Below, piece by piece: positions 53,726 to 64,000 of a stretch of DNA of 64,000 bases. The DNA comes from Octopus vulgaris (taxonomy: Eukaryota): contig OX597835.1 of the NCBI GenBank assembly GCA_951406725.2, positions 23,622,001-23,686,000 of the forward strand, written 5' to 3'. A model generated the notes under the pieces. The model was not told the origin of the DNA, searched no databases, and saw only the letters and a list, made by a program, of their open reading frames with translations. Every line of letters begins with the position of its first letter. Within the stretch, counting starts at the first letter, position 1. The position numbers and the translations under genes were made by a program.

Positions 53726-54448
53726 TTTGTATCTTTCTATATCTGAAACTTTCCATGAATACATTATACATACACATAAAACCAGGATGGTTACGGTTGG
53801 TGTGCCTGGATCATAAACCTGTTCGTTCAAGATTGAACAAGAAGCTGAAGTGTGTGCCGTTGTACTGTGACTGTTTTTCATGGCATGAAGCATATATGGA
53901 TACAGAGAGAGAGCTAGAAATAACCGCTAAATATTACTCATATCATACCTCTTTGTAAAAGATACAGGCATTAGATAATCTAATGAGATTAAACCTCTGT
54001 CCGAAAAGATCGGCTTGAATGTCTTTGATCATAAGTTTGCTTGCTGAGCGTATACTTCGGGCTAAACAACTATTAAATCATGTCTCCTTCCGATATAGAT
54101 AGGCTGACTTAGAGTAATTTACGATAAATTACGATGTTGTTTCAACCTAGGTCAACTCTAATCGAACAGATCTATAACGGCAAGTACTCCAGCTGTAACC
54201 ATCTTGTCTTTTTAGGACTATTGAGTAATACTAATGCGTCTTCGTATTTAAGACGGTGAAGTATGATTTGAAGCAGATTTGTCTGCAGTTTCTTGCAGGT
54301 TGGGCGATAAAGTAAAGTTCCCTTTGTTCTAGTTCCTGGTATAGCCCCCAAAATTGAAAACCCCGGCCTTCTTTTGTCTTTCTTTTGTATTACGAAGTGA
54401 GAAACATAACTGAAATTATACGGGCGTATATCGATCGAATGTTCTTGA

Positions 54449-54640
54449 TATTTACTCGTGTATAAGGCGCACTATTTTATTACTAATTGTAATCGAAAAA
54501 AAATAAGGGGCATTGTGACAAAACTAAAACTTATAACAAACTTATACGCGGGACAAAACTAAAACTATGAAAGGAAAACATTTTGTACCAAGATTTAACG
54601 CTAAAATTAGGGGTGCGACTTATACTCGAGTAAATACGTA
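54449..54640. mobile_element. pogo/Tigger-like MITE
   Basis: TATTTACTCGTGTATAAGGCGCAC / GTGCGACTTATACTCGAGTAAATACG-TA. Confidence 0.65.
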
Positions 54641-55018
54641 GTTATTCCCGTTCTATTATAGTTACCACACCACTCGCTATGTCGGTTTATTTAAGGGTTC
54701 GTACAAAAACTAGAATAATATATATATTTCTCTGTCCTTTTCCCTCTCCCTCGGCTTTTCCTCGTTATTGAGGATGCTTTCGAAGTTCTTTCATCTATTT
54801 TGTTGAAGTTTCTATTTTTCATAACTATTTCCCGATGTTTGAAATTAATCGTTAGTCAGAAAACCAGTGCTGAAATTTCGGATATGGTCTTTCCCAGAAG
54901 TCGTTGTCAAGAAGATATATTCTTGTCGAATATAATTCGTAGGAAACACGACAGTTCCTCTTTTATATGCTTGTTTTCAGAACATATAATCTTCAATTAC
55001 CTTTTACCACTTATAAGT

Positions 55019-55050
<32 letters not shown>

Positions 55051-55094
55051 TTAAAATTGCCGAAATGCTCGAAATTAAAGTCGAAATATGTTAC

Positions 55095-55228
55095 AACATA
55101 TAGAATTTTCTCAATAAAGCCAAGAAAAAATGATGTTTTATAAACACATTCTACCAGTATACGAAGTTTAAAAGTGTTTAGTTAACTAGAGATAGTGTTG
55201 AAAACTGCCGTTCAAAAGGAAAAGATCC
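55095..55228. mobile_element. Merlin-like MITE terminal fragment
   Basis: ...AAAACTGCCGTTCAAAAGGAAAAGATCC. Confidence 0.75.
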
Positions 55229-56133
55229 TATTTTGTCACTTAAAAGTTTGATGTAGTAAGTACTTTTTTTGCGCCCCGTTTCTTTTCAGTGCTTCTTGGA
55301 AACTAAAAAAAGAAACGGTGGGTATTTCGTTTGCTGCCGGTTGGAGCATCACGTGTGTCTGCAGTACGAAGCACACTTCACCTTTTCACTTCTGTAGTTC
55401 GCTTGCTCAACGAAGACGTATGTAGTATTAGACGGAGCCGTCTTATTTTCTCTCTGGTCGCCCCGCACGCGGTTGCGTCCGGATGTGGATGGAGGCTTTG
55501 GTTTTCGTATACTGTTCTTTTGTATGTCTTCGTCATCGTTGGAGCTCGTGACTTGGAGATATTACATCTTTAAAAAGAATGGGAAAGAAGTGATTGTGAA
55601 TCGATACTCATCCCATGAGTCCCATTAACGTTCCACCCCGCCCATACACGCTTTTTGTTTTATCACTATATTGTTCTTCACTTACACGAAGTGAGCAGCT
55701 GGTGTAATAAATGTGACATTTACATCTTAACACGCCAACATGTCTTATCGAGTCGACTAGGTTAGCCATTACGTGGTCGTTTCCATATGCTAGAAATAGT
55801 AGAAATGGTTGCCAATTCTCCTTCACATTATACATTACTTTCACTGAAAGAAAAGGGGGAAAAAATAAATAAAAAGCATTAGATAATGTAATCCTAGATA
55901 ATCCTAAAAAAAACACGAAGATTTGTCAAAACTGGAATGTCTGATTAATAGTCTGTTCGATCCAGGATGACCTGTTGCTAAACGATAACAGTATTTTGTT
56001 GATTTATTTTATCGAGGCCTCACGACTCACATCTGTTGTAACTTTACTTAAACTATTTTTTTTTATTGTCGATATTTTTGCTCCTCCCTAGCATGTCTAT
56101 ATCTTATTCCGGTTACATCAAAGCTCTTTTCCG

Positions 56134-56173
<40 letters not shown>

Positions 56174-57586
56174 CATTCACCGGTCAATACTTTGATGTTT
56201 GCACTGAAGCAGTACGTTTACTTAGCAGAATACTTTAAAAACTTTCTATTAAGCTCGCTTTCCCCCTCCTCCTACCTTCCACACAGACAGAGCTCTTGAT
56301 CTCCAATTCATTGTTTGTAGTGAACTGATTTCCGATCGTTGTTTTTGGGTTTAACACATCACTGGCATATTTTGCTTGTTAAAGGGTGTACTACTAACAT
56401 TAAACCTACTCAGTACTTTATTACTCCAAAATAAACAAACTTTTGGCTATTTTTATACATAATACATCTTCAACCTGATTTAATCTTTGGTTTTGAGTGT
56501 TTATTATTAGGTTTGAAAACAAATAACCGCCAGATTATAATCATAATACTGCAAGGACAGAATTATATATATTTATATCATCATCATCGTTTAATGTCCG
56601 CCTTCAATGCTGGCATGGGTTGGATGGTTTGACAAGTCGGCCAGGTAGAATACCACCCCAGGCTACCGTGTCCGTTTTGGCATGGCTTTTACGGCTGGAT
56701 GCCCTTCCTAACACCAACCACCCCGCAGTGTACTGAGTGCTTTTTATGTGGCACCAGCACAGGCGAGGTCAGTTTTTGGCAAGTTTTTTTTTACAGCTGG
56801 ATGTCCTTCCAAATGCCAACCACTTCACAGTGTGGACTGGATGCTTTTTACATAGCACCAGCACCGGCAGGGTCACCAAGTAACTTGCAAGACAAGGAAT
56901 TTTGAGAGGGGAGGGAGAATTGGAGGAGGTGATCTTGTGTCAGAGAGAGAGGGAGGTGTCTTGCTATAGAGGAGGTACATGGTTACCTGTGTGGGTCGAC
57001 AATTCCTAAACGGTGGAGGTATGAAACTAACCAGCTCCAAAGAAGAGAGGCCATTGCAGTAATGAGACTTCTGCTGGTTCTGTGATACCAAACTTTGCAT
57101 TTTGGCAGAACCGTTAGCATGCTGGTTAAAATGCTTAGTGGCACTTGGTTCATCTTTAAATTCTGAGTTCATATTCTGCTGAGGTCAACTTTTCCTTTCA
57201 TCCTTTTGGGGGTCAATAAAATAAGTACCAGTTGTGAACTGGGGTGGATATAATCAACTTACTTCCCCTCTGAACTTACTTGCCTTGTGCCAAAATTTGA
57301 AGCTGATATTTAAGCATTCCACAAGGCAGGGAACTGGCAAAACTGTTTTTACGCTCTGAGTTCTAATTCTGCCAAAATCAACTTTGCCGTTCATCCTTTT
57401 GGGCTTGATAAGATAAGCACCAGTTGTGAACTGGGGTCAAAGTAATTGATTTAACCCCTCCCATGAAACTGCTGGCCTTGTGTCGAAATTAGAAACCAAT
57501 ATTTAAACATTTCATCATAAGAAGATTTTGTTATGTTGCAAACATCAGCTTAATTATGATGGTATCAAGTTTTAGCATAAGGCCAG

Positions 57587-57772
57587 TATGTGTATATATA
57601 TATATATATATGTGTATATATATTTGTGTATGTATATACATATGTGTATATATGTATATATGGATGTATGTATGTAAATATATATATATGTGTGTGAGTA
57701 TATATAAATATATATGTGTATGTGTATATATATATACATATGTATGTGTATATATATATATATATATACATA

Positions 57773-57804
<32 letters not shown>

Positions 57805-58747
57805 GTGTGTGTGTGTATATATATGTGTGTGTGTGTATATATATATATGTATGTGTATATATATATATATATGTGTGTGTATATATATATATGTATGTGT
57901 ATATATATATATGTATGTGTATATATATATATGTATGTGTGTATATATATATATGTATGTGTGTATATATATATATGTATGTGTATATATATATATATAT
58001 ATGTATGTGTATATATATATATATGTATGTGTATATATATATATATGTATGTGTATATATATATATATGTATGTGTATATATATACATATATATGTGTAT
58101 GTATATATGTATATATATATATATATATATGTATATATGTGTATGTATATATATATATGTGTATGTATATATATATATATGTATGTGTATATATATATAT
58201 CTATGTGTATATATATATATCTATGTGTATATATATACATATATATGTGTATGTATATATGTATATATATATATATATGTATATATGTGTATGTATATAT
58301 GTATATATGTGTATGTATATATGTATATGTGTATGTATATATGTATATATGTGTATGTATATATGTATATATGTATATATGTGTATATATATATGTATAT
58401 ATATATGTATGTATATATGTATATATGTGTATGTATATATGTATATATGTGTATATGTGTATGTATATATGTATATATATATGTATATATGTATATATGT
58501 GTATGTATATATGTATATATATATATGTATATATGTGTATGTATATATGTATATATATATGTATGTATATATGTATATATATGTATGTATATATGTATAT
58601 ATGTGTATGTATATATGTGTATATGTGTGTGCATATGTATATATGTGCATGTGTATATAGATATATGCGTATATATATATATTTGTGTATATGTATATAT
58701 GTACATATATGTATGTCTATATATGTACGTGTTATATGTGTGTGTGT
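57587..58747. repeat. 1.1-kb degenerate (TA)/(TG) microsatellite
   Basis: Visible directly; produces the 283-438 aa spurious ORFs. Confidence 0.95.
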
Positions 58748-60007
58748 CTTCAAGTCAGGTGACTGTAATACAAAATGAAAAAAAAAAATTAACCGAAACT
58801 ACATGTCGCTATCAGCAGACACATCTGGGTCTGTTGTCTTACAACGTTGCCAGGTGTTTCAGCCATCTTTAGTCTCACAACATTGCAACATCTGGCCATG
58901 TTGTAAGACAATGAAATGCCATCTATCCATTCATACATACGTAGATACATACACACTCACATATACATACATACACACACACACACATACATACGCACAT
59001 ACAGTAGCGTGGGAACCATAATTGAGTGTATTTTTATCAATAGAAAACCAAGTTCTTTTTACTTTTGCCACATTTCTTCTATGCTCTGAATATTCAATGT
59101 CACCTACATTTCATTTAAATTTTGGTATACTGCAGAATACTATTGTAGTACTCTTGTAATGTTCGTTCCCCGCTGCTTCCAACGTTTGAATTTTTTTCCT
59201 TTTTGCTTCTATTTGAGGCAATCAGCAGTATTTATGTGTACATGTTTGTGTGTTTGTTTTATGCCTCTTTTGCAATGTTAGCATGGTTTTGACAAATACA
59301 TATTGCAGTGTTGTTTACATGGTTGGACTTCTTTGCTACCACTATTCATAATCCAGTGGTCTTTTAGGGAGGCATATAGCGTAAACATTTGCACATGCAC
59401 ACATGTGTGTTGCTATGTGTGTGTGTATAATGGCTTTATACAGTTATCAAGACTATGTAAAACACTTGCTCAAGGTTTTGTGTAGTGGGATTGAAGCCAA
59501 AACCACATGGCTAGGAAGCAAACTCCTTAGATACACAGCCATTCCTATTTATATTATGTGTGTGTGGCCGATGCCAGCCTCGCCTGGCACCAGTGCAGGT
59601 GGCACGTAAAAAGCACCCACCACACTCACGGAGTGGTTGGCGTTAGGAAGGGCATCCAGCTGTAGAAACATTGCCAGATAAGACCGGAGCCTGGTGCAGC
59701 CTTCTGGCTTCCCAGATCCCCGGTCGAACCGTCCAACCCATGCTAGCATGGAGAACGGATGTTAAACGATGATGGTGATGTGTGTGTGTCTGAAACATTA
59801 CAATAATGAAATATTATATATACATATTGTGAGAAAGCTAGTACTTTCATGCATTATGCAATCATCAGGTGAATGTAGTAGCAATAGTAACTACTACCAC
59901 CACCACCACCACCACCACTACATAAACCTGATGATTGCCTCACGCACAAAAGTTGGAATTTCATAGATTAATTATATATATATATATGTCTTCAGTAAAT
60001 CATAATC

Positions 60008-60046
<39 letters not shown>

Positions 60047-60081
60047 TACACTAATATACAATTATGTAATATAATTATATG

Positions 60082-60832
60082 AAAGGGTGTGAATAAACCC
60101 CACCAACATGCTAGAAATAGATGCCAAATGGCCCTAAAAACCACGTACATTCCGTTAGTACAGTTAATCATAAAAAAAAAAATCTTATTCCTTTATTCAT
60201 CTGCCCACTTACAACCTGTGCTAATGGAGTGTAGGTGCGGTTTTTAGAGCCATTTGGCATCTATTTCTAGCGTGTTGGTAGGGTTTATCTGCACCTGATG
60301 ATGATGATTAGTACATATTGTTACCTGTGTGGTTTTATTACACACTGGCCACTTGATGAAATCATGGAAGTGATTTTATCCTTAATTTTGTATGAATGTA
60401 TATTTTGGCTCCTGATCAAATTGCATTTGCTCCGATATTATTATGATTGTAAAAACATATGGTTGAGATGAAAAATTGGATTTAACTAGGTGGATATATG
60501 TTGTTCATGTGGGTATGTATAAATATTTACATTTATATACTATGGCATATTGTACTGATGACAGCAAGGGGTTTTACAAGCCAAAGCCAGAAACCAGTCT
60601 ACTATTAAAAAAAAATCTTATTCATTTATTGAACTGCCCGCTTACAACCTGTGCGAATGGAGTATAGATGTGATTATTAGAGACATTTGGTGTCTATTTC
60701 TAGCGTGTTGGTGGGGCTTATCTGCACCCTTTAATATAATTACCTGTTAGTATAAATTGTTACCCGTATGGTCTTATTGCATGCTGGCCACTTGATGAAA
60801 TCGTTAAAGCGGTTTAATCCTTAATTGTGTAT
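60082..60832 (+). mobile_element. Penelope pseudo-LTR/retrozyme-like element: inverted 5' piece plus ~435-bp-period direct repeat
   Basis: 60084-60160 inverted versus 60218-60295; 60171-60395 repeated at 60606-60830. Confidence 0.7.
60547..60607 (+). ncRNA. Type I hammerhead ribozyme, CpG-decayed
   Basis: GTA-CTGATGA-CAGC...GCCA-GAAA-CCAG-TC-TAC; intact core and GUC triplet. Confidence 0.65.
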
Positions 60833-60839
60833 AAATATA

Positions 60840-61245
60840 TTCTTTTATTCTTTTACTTGTTTCAGTCATTTGACTGCGGCCATGCTGGAGCACCATCTTT
60901 AGTCGATCAAATTGACCCCAGAACTTATTCTTTTGTGAGCCTAGTACTTACTCTATCGGCCTCTTTTGCCAAACCACTAAGTTACAGAGATGTAAACATG
61001 CCAACATCGGTTTTCAAACAATGGTGGTGGTGGGGGGGGGACAAACACAGACAACCAAACACACACATGTATACATATATGTGAAGGGCTTCTTTCAGTT
61101 TCTGTCTATCAAATCCACTCACAAAGCTTTGGTCGGCCTGAGGCTATAGTAGAAGACACTTGCCCAAGGTGCCATGCAATGGGACTGAACCTAGAACTAT
61201 GTGGTTGGGAAGCAAGCTTCTTACCACACAGCCACTCCTGCACCT
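60840..61245 (-). mobile_element. SINE family A, CpG-decayed
   Basis: Full head, linker and tail. Confidence 0.88.
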
Positions 61246-61274
61246 AAACACACACACACACACACACACATGTA

Positions 61275-61665
61275 TATCTGTTCTTCTTTGGCTGTGCATT
61301 GTAAATTGACATTAACTGTTCTTTTTCAGTAATCATCTCCGTCCTTAGTTGAAAGACACCTGTTGTTATGTCCTGTTATTTGTATTTGTGTAACTTTCTC
61401 CGTTTTTTTCCGTCCTTGTTTTCATATACATTCACTGCTTTCTTCCGAGGAATCTAATGCTCTTAGCTTAGTTTTTCCTTGGGGATGGCCAGATTGGAGC
61501 AATCTCGAATATAACCAGCCGAAATTGCAAAGATAATCTGGAACTCGACCGAGGAAAGAAAACTCCAAATGATCCGTCTTTGTTTTCTTTGTATCGTCTA
61601 TATCGATGTTTTGTTGTCGTCTATCACCTAACTGTCTGGATGTTTTGCATTCTTGTCCCATTTTG
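61275..61665. mobile_element. Unclassified microsatellite-flanked repeat (related fragment 28157-28272)
   Basis: CAGCCGAAATTGC...TTTGTATCGTCTAT...TGT(C/T)CCATTTTGT shared by both loci. Confidence 0.55.
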
Positions 61666-62109
61666 TGTGTGTATATATATATATATATAATGTGTCATAA
61701 TATATATATGAATCTTACGCACAAAATCTTATGTATGGTATGATATGTGTCATAATGTTGAGCTTATTGAATCAAGATGTGATATCTTGCTGGGTTAGAC
61801 ATTAGAAGTCAGACACAATTGACCGACAAATTACTAAGGAATTAGTTGAGTGTGTAGTGAGGGTTAACAGTTAGTTGGACTAAACAGGCATTCGTATTTA
61901 ATTTGAAAGACAAAATGAGTGCAAATTGAGAGTTGTGTAACTGGTAGCATGTTTCCTTGTGAAACAATTTCTGTCAGTGTTTATGTAGGTCTTCATATAT
62001 GAAAGTGTATACGTGTACATTCATGTGTATGTATGTTTGCATGTATGTATGTTCCGAGTTGTTGGTCTCAACATTGCATGTAGACAGTTGAAATTTTGCA
62101 TAGACGCAC

Positions 62110-62410
62110 GTCTTATCAAAGTGGACATAGTGATTAATGTAGAGCTAAGGATGGAAGTGGTAATGCAAATAAAAGTGAAGAGGGGAGAGACAAGTCAGAT
62201 AAGAATGTTTTAATGGAAGTGGCATGAGCCTGGCAAGCTCTGGGGTGTGGAGGCCATTGTAGTAACAGTAGAAAAGCTGGAGAGAAAGCGGAAACAGCGG
62301 GACTGGAAGTTGGAGTGTGCTTGTGAGTGACATTATGCTAATCAGTTGAGCAACCTTTTTCTGGGTGTGGTCCAGTATGTCTGTGTTTACAGCAGCAACA
62401 ACTCTGAACA
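62110..62410 (-). pseudogene. CR1/Jockey-group LINE ORF2 C-terminal fragment
   Basis: DILDHTQKKVAQLISIMSLTSTLQ...SLQLFYCYYNGLHTPELARLMPLP resembles LDRVQRRAxRLI..SLxLFYRYYxGxCSxEL. Confidence 0.7.
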
Positions 62411-62431
62411 TGCAAGAGCAATAATCCCTTG

Positions 62432-62770
62432 TGAAGGCATACGGCTCAGTGGTTAGAGCGTCCAGCTTACAATCATGGGGTAATGAGTTCGATTCCCAGA
62501 CCAGGCTGTGTATTGTGTTCTTGAGCAAGACATTTTATTCCACATTACTCCAGTTCACTCAGCTGTATAAATGAGTTTGAAGTCACTGATACCAGACTGT
62601 ATCATCCTTTGCCTTTCCCTTGGATAACATTGGTGGTGTGGTCAAGGGAGGCTGGCATGCATGGGTGACTGCTGGTCTTCCATGAACAACCTTGCCCAGA
62701 CTTGTGCCTTGGATGGCAACTTTCTAGGTGTAATCCCTTGGTCATTCATGACCAAAGGGGGTCTTTACCC
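62432..62770 (+). mobile_element. SINE family F (CORE-like), full length
   Basis: GGCTCAGTGGTTAGAGCG A-box, GAGTTCGATTCCC B-box, CORE-like block; homologous to 1600-1938. Confidence 0.85.
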
Positions 62771-64000
62771 AATTCCTTGTAGGCCTGACAAGGCATTGGT
62801 CAGCCTGAGATAATAGTTGAAGATACTTGCTCAAGTTGTTTCATTGTGGAATTGAACCTAAGACCACATAACTGAAGCAAACGTCTTAAACCTTACATCC
62901 ATGCATGCACCTAGCATATACAACTGCATGTTGGTGGTGGTTTGTATCAGGGTGGCCAGATGACAGACACATTAGGATGCCAGACAAAATGCTTAGTGGC
63001 ATTTCTTCCAGCTCTTAATGTTCTGAGTTCAAATGCTGCCTAGGTCGACTTTGTCTTTATCCTCCTGGGAATCAATGAAATAAGTGCTAGTGAAGTACTG
63101 GGGGTTCAGTGAAATCAAACTCCACACCCACCACCTCTCATAAAATCCCAGGCCTTGTGCCTATATTAAGAAAGGATTATTTGTTCATATATCTGAAAGT
63201 TTTGTACATCAACTGTACACATTGGTGAGTTTGAAATGATATGGGGAACTGATCACCTAATCCTGATTGCTAATACAACAATCTAATAAAACAGACCCTG
63301 CACATTTTATACTCCAAATGTGTGTTGGTAATTTTGTAGTTTTTCATGGAAACACAAATAAATACTAATCATTGTCATCATCATCATCATCATCATGCTT
63401 TTGATTTTGTCATTTGTTAGACGTATAGACACTACAGTCCAAGACAGTTCTTGTTCAGAGCTCCTTGTTGGAAAAGCTATTAGGCAAATTTTATGATAAT
63501 TTTATGTTTTGATTGTACCTTTAGGAGTATTCTGTAGTTAAAATTGCTTGGAAATAACTTTAAAATGCTTATTTATTCACATTGTTTTGAATTATGCATT
63601 GTCTTTTAGCTTCAAGATTTCAATGATGATGTTTATTCTTAGAACTAGCTGACCTCATGCCATCAGAAATGATGGCTAATTGTAGTATTTTATATATAAA
63701 TAAGGTACAAAATAAGATACATATTAATCACAGATACAAGCATTCACATGCTTTCCTTGTACACCCACAAAGTTGAAACACTGTTTGATTTTTTTTTCCA
63801 CTGTAGAACTTCCATAATCCCACTACCAAGTTTGCCATCACCCCTTCGTTCCTTATTTATCTATCACCCCTTCCTTTCTCATTCATATGTTGTGACGGAG
63901 AAATACACAAGAGTATTATTATAGTAGGTAATTAAACTGGTGTGCTGTTGATCTGATCACCAGAACAGCTTGCTCGTGAAATTAACATGCCAGTGGCTGA

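Noticed and set aside
57531-58872. Longest ORFs (up to 438 aa), and similar ones at 149-826, 20514-21335, 47410-48102, 48894-49771
   Set aside because: Translations of TA/TG/TATC microsatellites, open in most frames on both strands; no coding signal.

Overview
AT-rich, microsatellite-dense, repeat-dominated animal DNA. The SINE and microsatellite make-up closely resembles Octopus genomic DNA; this is recognition from memory, not a database match. I find no recognisable host protein-coding gene, and nearly all listed ORFs are translations of (TA)n/(CA)n/(TATC)n tracts or SINEs. The window contains at least four tRNA-derived SINE families; decayed LINE fragments (L1/Tx1, CR1-like, CRE); DNA-transposon fragments and MITEs (Merlin-like with 8-9 bp TSDs, mariner, DD37D/maT, hAT BED finger, piggyBac-like, Kolobok-like, pogo-like); non-autonomous Helitrons; and (TA)n-flanked tandem/inverted elements resembling Penelope pseudo-LTRs or retrozymes. 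The main finding is a set of type I hammerhead-ribozyme motifs in those last elements: one with the C3:G8 tertiary pair swapped to G3:C8 (10588-10638, minus strand), and one canonical core degraded by three CpG>CpA transitions that sits at the boundary of a ~435-bp direct repeat (60547-60607). Also notable: a four-level nested insertion with readable TSDs, a 3' tail shared between the Meta-type SINE and a Tx1 LINE, CpG-depleted flanks bounded by promoter-like motifs, and an isolated RFX X-box plus TATA promoter candidate at ~48.2 kb.
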